From: Lingula anatina
Taxonomy: Eukaryota > Animalia > Brachiopoda
Length of the DNA stretch: 64,000 nt
Reading direction: 5' to 3'
Assembly: GCA_051362555.1 (NCBI GenBank)
Contig: CM120640.1
Location: 51,438,788 to 51,502,787 of the forward strand
Shown in pieces: positions 51,641 through 64,000 of the stretch; position 1 is the stretch's first letter; every line of letters begins with the position of its first letter. The notes under the pieces are model-generated. The model searched no databases. It worked only from the letters and a program-made list of their open reading frames with translations, and had not been told where the DNA came from. Both the position numbers and the translations under genes were made by a program.

Positions 51641-51743
51641 TTATAAACAGCCCCATGCAACTTGCAAACGCAGAAGTTTCGGTATCTTGTGCCTAACGAT
51701 TGTCAAGCTTGTGGCTGCGTTCCGAGGAGACGATACCAACCAG
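51641..51743 (+). promoter_or_regulatory. TATA box and non-coding first exon of the 52709-55359 gene
   Basis: TTATAAA at 51641, strong donor CAG|GTAAGT at 51743, and an acceptor at 52703 just upstream of the ATG. Confidence 0.6.
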
Positions 51744-51757
51744 GTAAGTGACATTGT

Positions 51758-51806
<49 letters not shown>

Positions 51807-52708
51807 GATCGTCCACACTAACTCGTCGACTACCTAACGACTACCTTATATAAAAATCAAATTGCACAATAATGTACTTTTATTTAAGTTGGAATATTGG
51901 CAATGCAATTGTAACTTGCGCTGAAAAACGCTAAAATTATTAATTCCATCAAACTTTAGTTAATTATCTTAATGCAAATCGTTATGTTACGTTTGTCATA
52001 CCACTGTTGATCATTATTTAACAAAGATTTTAATATTGATCAACACTTTAGTACCGGATGAAGGAATAAAAGCCGAAAGTTTGGACTTTTTTCCTTATTT
52101 ATTAGTTGATCAATATAGATGCCATTTAGACTTAATTTGTAATACCACTTTTGATATGTTAAAGACCCAAAGTTACTAAGCATGATTAAGTGACAGTTAA
52201 GTCTAGCTAGGTAAATATAAGTTTTGTTTATAAAATGTAATTTGTAATAGATTGAATTAAGTGCTTTCAATTATTTTCTGGTAAGCATTATACCATCCTA
52301 ATGTTCATCACAGTAGCTTGACGCAGTAAAACACTCAATGTTATATTTGAATCTTGGGTCATGCCAGGGTCAGGCATTAATGCAAATCAACAGACACGCC
52401 CATAGGAAACTTTGAATAATTAGATGGAGCCAAAGTCATTTTAAACGACAGGAACGTTCATTTGAAAATAGTAGAAATTGAAAATGCAAAATAGGTCCCA
52501 TTTGGGATGTCTGTCTGGAAAACCAAAATTTATAAAATGTCCATTAGCAAAATAATTAAACACCCATTTAATGTTTAACAACGTGAAGTCACTGATGCAT
52601 TAGCAAATTACAGCGGAAGGTGATGTTTTTAATAAGTTTCCCTTTTAAGGCCCGTCTGGTTGTGCAGCTTTAACACTGACATTGAAATTTCATTTTCTTC
52701 CAGTTATC

Positions 52709-55359
52709 ATGAAGTACCTTATTGTGCTTATGGCTGCGGTGCAGCTTGCATATTCACGTAAGTTATAGTTTTACTAGTGTGATTATAATGTTTTCTATGT
52801 CAGTATAAAATAGTATTTTTTATTTATCCTCGTTCTATCAGGGTGGGCCTTTATTTAATACTGCAAGCTCATTTATGAAGTTGCACAACATCCATAGATT
52901 TTTCCAACATTAAACACTTATCCTATTTTATTGTACTTTTCTAGAAACTGAGATTATTAGGACACAGGGACCAACCGTCTCACCAGCAGGTAATAAATTG
53001 ATGTCAGACATAAAACAAAAATCACTTTGGTTTTAAGAATTATAACTTATAATTATGTGAAACCATATGTTTGTCACATTATGGGCGTTTCTTACATTTT
53101 TTTTACTTTTACAACGTTTTTGTTTACAAAAATCGACGGACATCAGGTAAACAAAAATGATTGTGTCTTTTTAGAGTTCTGCCAGCAGTGTGTCGAGGAG
53201 AGAAATGGCGTAGGTCACTATGAGAACCCAGATGACTGTAGGTCACACTTCAGCTGCCAAAGAAGAGATGATGGCACCGTGTATGCCAACCTTATGCCAT
53301 GCTCTCCTGGCACTCTCTTCGAGAGGAGCGTAGCTACATGCGTGCCATGTGCCGATGCCACTTGTGACGGATGTGCATGCCCAGATCCAAAATGCCCACC
53401 ACTTAGTAAGTGCACGTAACTTTCTGTTCAACGAAATTGAGGGCGATTACTAAATAGTCTCTGTCTAAAAGAACCATTAAATCGATTAATTAACAACTTT
53501 TTCAACCAAAATCAATGAAAGGGGTCCCATTTAAGGAAAAGCAATGTTCAAGTGTTACAAAGACCAGAGAACAGTATGACTGACTTTGTCCACTTTGTGT
53601 TATAGCATTCGTTCCCGAATCCACCACCACCGAGCCAATGCCACCAAAGGGCCCTCAGTCCTGCGAGGGCAACGATGGCTGGAGGAACTTTGAGGCCGAG
53701 GGATCCACCAACAAATTCGTGCGTGAAATGATCATCAACCAGACCCTGTACCAGGAGCTCGTCTATTGTGGACCCACTGATGACTGGAGATTCGATGTCT
53801 CACCAGATGTATGCGCCTGCACTACTCTGCGTAAGTTTTTTTTTCTTTAATATCTGATCGGTTTTCTTTCATTTCCTACATTTAAGAATTGCGATTTGAC
53901 AACTATATTTATGTAAATAGCACGCTCTTTGCTTATAATTTCATATATTCTTTTCATTTAACAGCCGAGAACGCAGTTCTTATTATTCCCTTCGACGCCC
54001 AGCCATTCAAGACGTACAACAACGGTGATTGGGTCGATGCCAAGGACGTCGGAATCACTGCCGGCCGCGTTGGCAACGCAGCTGACATGAACGGTACCCA
54101 GCAGATTGAGATCCCGCGTATGGACAACACCTACTGGGGAACACAGGTCACACTGAACATCGACTTCAATGCCGATCCTAATGGCAATGATGTCAAGAGG
54201 AACGTCCTCTCCACTGGCAGCTGCAACATCCCACCAACAATTGAGCTCAACTTAAGAGAGGACAATACTCTTGAATGCAAATTCCGTGTCATTGATGTTA
54301 ACGGCACAGAGACAAACATTGTGGAAACAATCCCAGGCGTAAGTAATCAACATTGTAAATACTTTAACTTTTTAAAAATTAAGTGACACAGTTTCATCCA
54401 TTTCTAACACTCTAGATGTGCAAAATTACCAGCAAGAAACTATATGTACACATCGAAATTGGTATCAAAACTTAATAAACGTTGTCATTTATCCACAGAT
54501 CCAGAGAGGCTCGTGGAACAACGCACAGGTGGTCTTCGACGGTCTCTCCTTCAGAGTGTACCTCAATGGCCAGCTTCAGTTCACAAGCGTTGCTGTTGGT
54601 GAGTCCAAAGATTCCTAATATTCGGTTTGGCATAATGTTCATGCAAAACAAAAATATATGTCACCATACATCTTTGTCGTCACAGTTTTGTTTTGACTCT
54701 ATTACGCTTTGGTTAAACATGGTTTACAGTGTTAATATTTTCTGTATTTGATAATCATTTGAATCTCTTTAACTTAGGCACCATTCCATACACCTTGGCT
54801 CCATTGTTCCTCGGCAGATCTCTGAACTGCGAGGTCCAGGAGTTTGTATCCAACACCAGGTGGTATGGCCAGCTTGATGAGGTAAGGCTACATATTCATA
54901 TTCTACTATTTACAGAGTCAAAGTCAGCTTTTTTGCGAGTTTCAGAACTGACGCGGGCCAGCTTCTTTAGTTTCAAATTTACATACATACCCGCTTGTTT
55001 GGGTCTGAAGTTCAGCGGTTTTGATTAAAGTATATCACGCCTGTAAACGCTAGGCGGGCTTATTACACATGGCCTTCTACGGAACCACGAAATTCAGATA
55101 GGCTAACCAAATGAGCGACAGTGGTTGAACTTGAAGTGAATGCATGTAGGAGCTAATGTTCAGGATAGTTTATCCTATAAAAACACATGTAAAATATGCA
55201 CGCATCATTTGAAAGCTTTAGATTAACAATTTTCCATTATTTATTCATTAGCTGCAAGTGTACCAAGTTGTCCTGAGTGACTACGATCGTTGCAGAGTAC
55301 GTAATGGCGGCCATAACGTTATTGTTGAGAACCCAGACGTCGCAGGCTGCTCACAATAG
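52709..55359 (+). CDS. Secreted chitin-binding (ChtBD2) + Cys module + laminin G protein (LamG3/Pif family), 411 aa
   Basis: Exons 52709-52757 (MKYLIVLMAAVQLAYS), 52945-52989, 53175-53405 (EFCQQCVEERNGVGHYENPDDC...CSPGTLFERSVATC), 53606-53830, 53965-54338 (STGSCNIPPTI), 54499-54598 (WNNAQVVFDGLSFRVYLNG), 54778-54881 (WYGQLDE), 55252-55359 (LQVYQVVLSD...*). Total 1236 nt. AATAAA at 55729 and 55850. Confidence 0.92.
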
Positions 55360-56469
55360 ATGGCGGCACCTGCAGATCACCGACCATAACAGTCCAAAGG
55401 AATGACGAGAGTGAACACTTTCCGCAATGCTTGTCATGTGGCGCCAGCTGAACTTTTGAGTGTCTTATTTGGACAGTATGTCGAAACACTTGATCAATTA
55501 CGGAAACAAGGGCTGAGATTTTTTCACTGATATTAGAGGGAGAACATGAAAGTGTTGATGACGCAAAATATTATTGTCTAAATGTGCCATTCTGAGTTTG
55601 TTGGACGGCATGACCTCAACCAGGCATACGTATTATATTGTATTGTTTATTTGTGACATATCATAACTCACGTATCATAGACATTTACATAAGACGTATT
55701 TGTGACGTTTTTCTGTCTTGATTTTTGTAATAAATTTCTATGCATGTTCTTTAATCAAAACTGATCGATATTGTGCTGTTGTCTGAGTAGGGGAAATAGT
55801 TAGGCCTATCATACATAGGTATCTTTGTACAGTTAGCCTGGGTACAGCTAATAAAGCTTTTATGATGCAATCGAAAATACCAAAAAATTGTTTGTCGTTT
55901 TGCATCTCTCTTTGCTCCCTCCCATCTTTCTCACATTCCATACCACCAAGTTAATACTTGCATGTGCCAGCTTTCACACCGAGTGTGAGGCCTCTATAAT
56001 AAACATGAACGGCACCTTTGCTGTTTTGCAAAGCACTCGCTCTTTCTCTCTCCCTCTTTCTCTCTGTCTCTTCAACAGAACCTTGAAATGCACTGAACAC
56101 CCACAGTCACGTTTCAGGAACATGCGTCATTTAAACGATGCGAATATAAAATCCAACAAGTTTTGAACAAAAGTGCGCATGCCTAAGTGCTTGGTATGCA
56201 ACACAAAGAGTAAACATATCTATGCTAGGTGCTTTACTCCCGTTCATTGGTAGAATGATAGTGATGTGCCCGATATACACGGTACGCCCATAAATTCCAA
56301 GGTTCGTTTTACTCTGATAGTTCGTTTTACTCGGATATATATATCGGTATATGATTGCAGTCTTACTAATGTTAGTAAACTAAGAGATGATGGCCTGGAT
56401 ACATGTTCCGTACGTTCCAGTCTCCAAATCTAAATTTTTTTCGATTCTTTTTCTTTTGTTCCTTTTTAT

Positions 56470-56880
56470 CTGTCGGTACTTGGTGCCAGATAGACGGTCT
56501 GTCTACTAAGACTAGTCAAGTCGCTGCACCCCATGCACCCAATGACACAAAGAAACCTGGGCAGGTCGGCACTCAACTGGCGAGGTTTGCCCATCTTTCC
56601 CTGGCCAATGGGACACAAAGATCATCTCACCCTCGGATGGTAAAACGTGGCGCCGTAGCGATTTAGCCACTGGTTCCAGCAACAATGAGGTGTCCTCCTC
56701 ACCGTGCATGCATGTCAGAAATAAAAAATTGCAGACTCTGAGGTGGCCAGAAGCCAGTTTCCCGCTCCCTTATCAGCATGATCCAAAGAAAAGCACAGCA
56801 GTACGTTTAGCATTGATGTGGCTGCAACGTTTGCCCTTTACTGGTGCACTGTTGTTACTGGCCCTAACAAGGCAGTGAGT
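56470..56880 (+). mobile_element. Possible non-coding 5' fragment of an RTE-clade LINE
   Basis: GC-richer island. Motifs GGCGCCGTAGCGATTTAGCCACTGG and GATCCAAAGAAAAGCACAGCAGTACGTTT resemble, from recall only, RTE 5'UTRs. No RT ORF is present. Confidence 0.3.
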
Positions 56881-59800
56881 GCTCACAAGAGCAGGGACGA
56901 AAATCTCTGGGGTCAGAAAAGCCTGACCCTGCTGAAATAAAGAAGAGAAAAGAAGAATAGTAATATTCCCAATTTATTTCTGGCCCAATTGCCCCCCAAA
57001 CTATGCTGGTTAAGCATCAAACCAGTGTTGTTATGGGGAACGTCCTCACCACCTCCGCAGATGCATGGGCCGGTCTTGTACCAGAGTGAAGAGTGGGTAC
57101 TTATCTTTCACTTATCTAATCTTAAGTTTATTCGAACGTAAAATCCCTCCACATTTCTGCGATAATCCAATGCCAGTACATTCATTTTTTAACATTCATC
57201 TTAAATCAAAATGATTAACATAATTGATCTATTTAGTCTAGGGCATTTCAGTATCATCTGAAAAAATACAAGTGCAATCATTGCTTTGTATTACGTGTAC
57301 TTACATGTATACTTGGTACACGAAATACATGTAGTAATATCTCTAATACGGTATACCCCTATTTTCTTTTAATAGAATTACTCCACCCAATAACAAAAAT
57401 CGGAAGCAGTATTAATAACATCTCAAACAACAACTACCGTGACAAAGAGTAAAAAACGGTAGTAATAAGTAGCATACCAGGCTTGTTACTTTTTCAGTAT
57501 GATCCATTATGATAAGTTAAATCACTATAGCATTTTATTTTCTCTTATGAACTAACTGGACTGAAAACTTAAATTTTTATTGATTTACCTAAGACAGGTC
57601 TTAAACTGTTTGCAGACAAAATGATGAAAGCTTAAATGGAATGGGAAAACGGTTTTTAATTAATCTCTCAGGATTCTCCTGTTTATGAATTATAGCGATT
57701 ACCCCTAGTTTCTTAGAGACAGATAATCCTCTAGATTCAAAATCGTAATCTAGAGATTGGAGAAGTCGATAAACACCCAGACAATTTTTATAAAATTGAT
57801 TTGTAAATCCGACAGTGCCAGGACATTTACCATTTAAGCACTTTATAGTGCCACAAGTGATTCCCAGCTAATCCTCCATAGAGAGGGATTTCTATGTGTT
57901 GGGACTCAAAACCATTTAAAGAAGTAAAATCAAAAGTACAAAGTGATCCGTTACTACTTGTGCACAGAGATTTATGAAAAAGATAGATATACAGTATGAT
58001 CTAGAATTATTATTTTGTTCCGTGCGAGTTTGTCCAGAATTATCAATGATTTTACACACTTTTTGTTAAAATAACCCTTCAGTAGACAGCAGAATTACCT
58101 ACTAGGCTTTTCGCCTTGGTCTATCCGTTTGGTTTTCTGCTCTTTGCATTTTCCTTTTTAATCTTTCCCTCACGTAATCAAGCCTTTGTTTATTACTGCA
58201 TTCCTCAAATCAAATCTGGAAAAAATCACCTCCCCGCCAATGACCTTAGTGCCACTTGTACACCCCAACTCCTTTCTTACTGTATTCATCTTATTACTTC
58301 AAGCCCAAGGTCAAATTGTGACTCATGTTACCTGTATCTGTCCACACCACCTTTTCATCTTTCCTTCACTGTATTACCTACCACGTCCTCTTCTTTGTGT
58401 TCTGACGATCTACTTGATACCGAGCAGACCGTGCTTGTACCTGGCCGCGCGTGCCAGAATTTAACCTAATACCATTTAACACTTACGCCTACCGACACGA
58501 GTAAGGACGCGGCAGGCAATTAGAATTGTTCGCTGATAAATAGAGGACTTCATGATGATAGTGCAGTCAATTTTGCCGCTGGAAATTATTGTTACCTTCG
58601 CTCATTTGCCCTTGCGTCTTTTCTTCACAAATATTTTTAGTTTTCCTTATAACATGATGTAAATGATAACTTACAGGCGTTCAAAAGGGTAATTTATTTT
58701 GTGTCAGAATCTGAAAGCTTGACATATAAATAAGGAGAGAGAGAAGGAGGGAGGGATGTAATGTGCACTAATTGCACAGCCTCAGTAAAACGTACAGTAC
58801 GTCTAAACACAAATGTAAATGAAATATATAATTTTTCATTACTTACTCTACACTCCTTTGTCTAATTGGGTAGCTAAAAACATTTAGGTTTATCCATTCG
58901 AGAAAATTTTATATCAACATACATGTATGCCAATTATTTCTTATGTCTTCTACATTTAGTTGGTCTGTTCAGAATGTAATTTATAGTCCCAATGAAAGTT
59001 CTGTTATAAAGAATGCTAATTGTGATCGGTCTAATTCGTCTTTCTGCCAGACCAACATGCGCCATAATCTGATCTTTTGTGTCTTTCTTCCGCCACTGAG
59101 TTTTGCCTAAGTCATGCCAGTAGTAGCTTTACTCATGACAAAATGATTTACACCCAAGGAAGCTCCCTGAGCACTTTTTTAATTAAAAAACTTTGTTTTT
59201 TTCCAAATCCCCATAGACGAATTATTTAGGTTAGAATTGAATTTTGAGCTCGGTGAAACGTCCCGTAGTCATACCCAGTCAAAAGCTCTTCCGCCAATGC
59301 CATTTCCTGCAACTTCTCCAAGGTAATCCGAGGTCACAAAGAAATGTAAATGCTCCTCCAATAATTGCAAGATATCAATACGTTTGCGTTAGCCCAACTG
59401 ACGTCAACATACGTGAAACTTTATGTAAGTGCGCGTAAATATGTTTTTCCCTTTAAACCAATACAGCGGTTGCATGCATTGCTTTGATTTTCACTTATGG
59501 TAAAAAGTTTCTACCATGAGAAATTATTTTATTACTTTAAAGCATGTGATAGTCTACTGAGGCATTTGCACTGAATATTTGGATACAGGTTAGGCAGCTT
59601 TGTGACAACAACAATTGAGAAAACAAAAACAAAACTTTGCTCTTCAATCCTATTTGTCCTATTAAAGTATAACAATGGTTTCTTTGTATCTGGATGCACG
59701 ACATCATCCAAGGCGTGATTTAGATGTCTTTAAATGGCTCTGTACACGCGGACAGGTTATCTGGAATTGCCATATTCTTATAAATCGTAATGTTCAACGT

Positions 59801-61227
59801 ACTCATAGCAAGTGTGATCAATGGCACCTGTATATCGATTACTATCATCACACATGCATCGTGAGAACTCTGCGGCTCAAATGAATATTTGACAGCGAAT
59901 GTGGCTATTCCTCTTTGCGTGTGCAAAATGTGAATTTGTGTAAACTATATATCTTAAATAAATCTCTTTTCTTTCAGTTTGTTTGATCTTTTCAAATAGT
60001 TCATATATTCAAGAAGACACGCGGGGTAGAAATTTTTTAAGAAAAACATTACATTCTTTTCCAGGCCAGAAATCGCTTCTTTAGAAAATGTCTTCAGAAA
60101 GTAAAAAATCCCGTAGAAGGTAGAAGGCATTGTATAATTTGTGTTGCTTATCTAACCGTCCATTTTTCTTAAATGCGGTCAGATGTTATTTAAACGAAAG
60201 TTTGGCGTAAATGTTCTTGTTTGCGATAACGTAGAGAACAAAAACAAAAACCCACGTCATGGATCTGGCAATATAGAGCACGTATGTCGACAAAAATTAA
60301 GTGAAAAGTATTTTTATTACTACGACGTATTATACACAGAAGCATACCTCGGTCAGAAATAGCTACTGTCTTTATATACATTTAGACATTTTCATTCATT
60401 TTCTTTTTTTTTTATTCTATTGGATTTCGCAACAAAATAATAATAAATATCCAGTTCAATAAATACATAGAAAAATTATAAACCATAAAAATGAATGGGG
60501 AAATTTTGTACCTTGCTGTCTGTGTACCACTGAACATAATTCTTTCCTCACTGACAATTCATTTGCAGTGTCACCTCTTTGTTACTATACAACTATAAAT
60601 ATTTTTGTCCAACAGTCTGTCACTTGTGTCTTTTTTCCACTCTTAAATGAAAAAAGAAAATTAAAGAAAGATGTTAAAATTAGGAGCCAAAATTGCATTG
60701 TTGTACATCTTCTTTAGTATATTAGGTCATTATTCTCTATTTTTTCCTTCACCCCTGGAATTTAGCGTGAGTTTGTAATGTCGATGCACGCTTAATCTTG
60801 ACACCTCTGTTCACAAGAGCAGTGACATTTGACAGTTCAATTGTTTCCCGGGCTATCACGGAGCGCTGCCTCTGATCTTTTACCGCGTGTTTGTACCACT
60901 CTGTGATCAGGCATGCCTGGCTTGCGTGTTCGAGATGTGCCTGGCGGTCACACAGATTGTGATTTGAATCAGCTGGTGGCCATGGGTGACCACGATTAGA
61001 GTTACGTGTACTTTTATATGACTATATGACTATTAATCTAACATTTTAATTATGATATGATATTTTAAAAATAAAGGCACATATAACATGTTCTCTGACA
61101 TCTTACTGTTGACTACGGAAATGGAAGGAGAGCACAGGGAGTAATAGGAAATGGCAGCATATGTCTTGGACAACATTTCAAATTACAAAGGACGATTTAG
61201 TTTGGACATTTTGAAATATGCCGTTAA

Positions 61228-61228
<1 letters not shown>

Positions 61229-61301
<73 letters not shown>
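61229..61301. repeat. (TA)n microsatellite
   Basis: About 36 TA units. Shorter (TA)n at 40451-40487 and 51760-51801; (GT)n at ~5320, ~13372, ~36549 and ~37813. Confidence 0.95.
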
Positions 61302-61303
<2 letters not shown>

Positions 61304-62919
61304 CAGAATGGATCTCTGTGGATTTTAAACTTCATCTTTACAGAAATAAAGTAAATATATTACCAGATCAACTTAAGTGGTAGGAACATTTTTATTGCAT
61401 AGACGCAAAGAACAATATTTCATTAAATTGCGAAAAAATATTTACCCACGTGAACGCCGTATTTTATGTTTAAAGGATCCAGTGGGGATGAGGTGACCAC
61501 CTCCCACTCCCAACCTCCCCCCTCTCCCCCCCCCCTCAACCCAGATATAGAAATGACAATCTTTATCTTCCGAAGAAGAAAAAGAAGCCACTGTGAGGAC
61601 CATAGCTGCATCAGAATTTTCAAAATCACACAATTTTGTAAAAATTCTCTGTGGGATGTTAAGTTAGGGAGCACTTAAAAAATTGACCAAATCTGTTATT
61701 ATTTTGGCTGCATCACAGTGATAGTTATACTTTCGGCATTTTTCTTCGGAAAACTTGTTTTAAAAGAGGACTGATTATTTTTTAAAAATAAGGAACTACT
61801 TCTTCAAAAGTAACATGTGTACGTCGAGATTAAAAAAAGGAAAGAAAGAAAAGAAAGAAAAAGTAACGTCTAGAGGTTGGACAGCTTGGTTTAAATAACG
61901 TTAGTGTAAATTCTACAGTCCATCGGTTTATCATGGTTTCTGACAAGTTTCGTCTTGGTCCTGTAAATGTCCGCCACCATTTGTCCACAAATAACACCAA
62001 GTGGTACCATCCTTGCAGAAGATAAGATTTCATGTGATCTTTGAAAAATGTTCAATTCTGTAGGAATGGGTGTTTATTTCAAAATGAATGAAGAAATTAG
62101 CATACAATTAGTGACGAAGAACGGTTTTAAAACGCAACACAAGCTAAGCATAATTTTGAGGAATTTACATTCCTTTTAACGGAGTGAAAAATGATATCCC
62201 CTTCGAATCATGTTTTACGCGAAAGAGTTCAAAATTGGTTTTAACATGATGTTATCCACATATGCTGTCACCTTTACGCAATATGCAATAGTTCATTAAT
62301 TAGTTTGAAGTAGCAAAGTAGTTGAATAATTTATATTCAGTGATTACTTAAAACTACAGTCTGAGTAGCTACAATGACGCAGCAGCCGGTGCACGCAGTA
62401 TGAATGAGTTGTCAGCTTTTTGAAGTGATGGGAACTATCTCAAGAAAATTCTAAACGACAGGTTCAACACAATGTGATGTCTCATCCTTGACCCAAAGAT
62501 GGAGTCCGTAAATTCTCCATGACAACATGGATCCGAGGCGAATATATAAGGGCGCGCCCTGTGAGAACTTGGTCTTAGGTGTGCGGCACTCGTCAGTGAA
62601 GCTGTTTTACCTCTGTCCGCATCTCGGAAGTACAAAATCAGCTTTAGGAGTGTGCCAAAATTAGTAAGTGCTTTTATAACTACATTTCAACCAGATATCC
62701 ATTGAAAATATTCGTAGTCATTTAAATTACCCTATACATACAACTTTATTTTTTAATTTAAGTTAGTTTGCTAGATGACAGAAGGATTTTTTTTGGCAGA
62801 TGGGAATTCCATATATTAAGTGCAGAATGACTTAATATATTTATGAATTGCAATTATTCATTTTAAGAACAGCTCAAGATATTTCAATTCTGTTTCAGAT
62901 AGGTGAAAAAAAAGGCAAG

Positions 62920-63223
62920 ATGAAGTGTTTTATTTTACTCGTCACGGTGCACAGCATATTTGCAGGTGTGTACACCACGATATGCTTTAAATTTACCAAA
63001 AATGTAATTCGTAATAATTTACATAAAGAGTTAAATCTTAATTGTTTTCATTAAACCTTGATATTATTCAATTTCAAAACGACGTCAAACTAACAAGGTT
63101 AACTTTGAAATTATAAGAGAATTTAATCTTCATCAGTGACTGTGTTTATTTCAGCCGCAGTGGACTTCACCACCACTACCGAAGGCCCAGTCCGTACGAG
63201 AGGACCCACTGTCTCACCAGCAG
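62920..63223 (+). CDS. 5' part of another secreted LamG3/Pif-family paralogue (continues beyond the window)
   Basis: Exon 62920-62965 (MKCFILLVTVHSIFA, signal) and exon 63155-63223 (AVDFTTTTEGPVRTRGPTVSPA|G). The latter matches exon 2 of the 52709 gene (IRTQGPTVSPA|G) in sequence and phase. TATATAA at ~62543 and a candidate UTR donor at ~62663. Confidence 0.78.
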
Positions 63224-64000
63224 GTAGACTGGCTTTTAATTGATCTAATATATTCATCTTAGCTTCCAGTAATAATAGAACGTGATTCTGTTGTAAGCCA
63301 CAAGTTTGACAAATATCATTCTGACTATGCAAGAAAGGTCAATCACAAATAAAAAATAATGTTTGAAACCCAAGATAGAGTAGCAACAACTGTGTCAGAA
63401 TAAGACGTTAAGTATGCAGTAACAAATGTACGTTTTGAGGAACCTGCAAGAAAAATGTTGAAGAAATTATATCGTTGAGGTTTGATTAATAGGGCCATGA
63501 GAAGGCACGCGACCTGTCAGTAAGCCGCTGTCTTGGGATAAAAGTGGCTATGGAAAACCATAGCCCTGCAAGTAGACAACACCGGTAAATTCAGCAGAAA
63601 ATCTTTTCGTCAAAAATAGACATACACCTGTCTAAATACAATTCTAAACGATTTGCGTGTTGGTATATTTTACGCTTTGTAATGCTTTGTAATGCTGTAG
63701 GTTACCAACACCAGTCAGTGACAATTATGAAACGTCATGGTCTGCGACACGTGTGACACGCACATTAAGGGCAACAGGTTACTGAACAGGCCTCTAAATA
63801 ACATTAAAATTGACACATGTCGTATTGGCGTGACAAAAAATAGTTAAAATTTCGTGTTTTATGAAATTTTAGTATAGATATTTTGACCGACCATTTATTT
63901 TTGAATTTCAAATGTTACAAAGTTCACGAGACAGACAACCTATTTAAATTTTTTTGCCATTTATATGACTGCACAGTTGATGTTTATATGGAGAATATTA

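Noticed and set aside
57200-62400. Scattered 60-117 aa ORFs in the intergenic region
   Set aside because: Low-complexity AT-rich translations with no domain motifs or consistent exon chain.

Overview
AT-rich, intron-containing animal genomic DNA, most likely a mollusc or other lophotrochozoan (inferred from gene families; the species cannot be determined). I assembled seven spliced genes by hand from GT-AG sites with consistent reading phase. (1) A secreted Pif/BMSP-type VWA-mucin-chitin-binding-LamG gene (minus, 3' end off-window). (2) GNB5 (minus, complete, 353 aa). (3) A basigin/neuroplastin orthologue, head-to-head with GNB5. (4) A diverged tandem basigin paralogue. (5-7) Three secreted chitin-binding+LamG (LamG3/Pif-family) genes, the last only partly in the window. 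The window therefore looks like a Pif/LamG3 shell/chitin-matrix gene cluster interrupted by a GNB5-basigin-basigin block. It also contains a decayed but end-intact Tc1/mariner element, several MITEs with identifiable TIRs/TSDs, direct repeats and microsatellites. All calls come from reading the sequence; no database searches were run.
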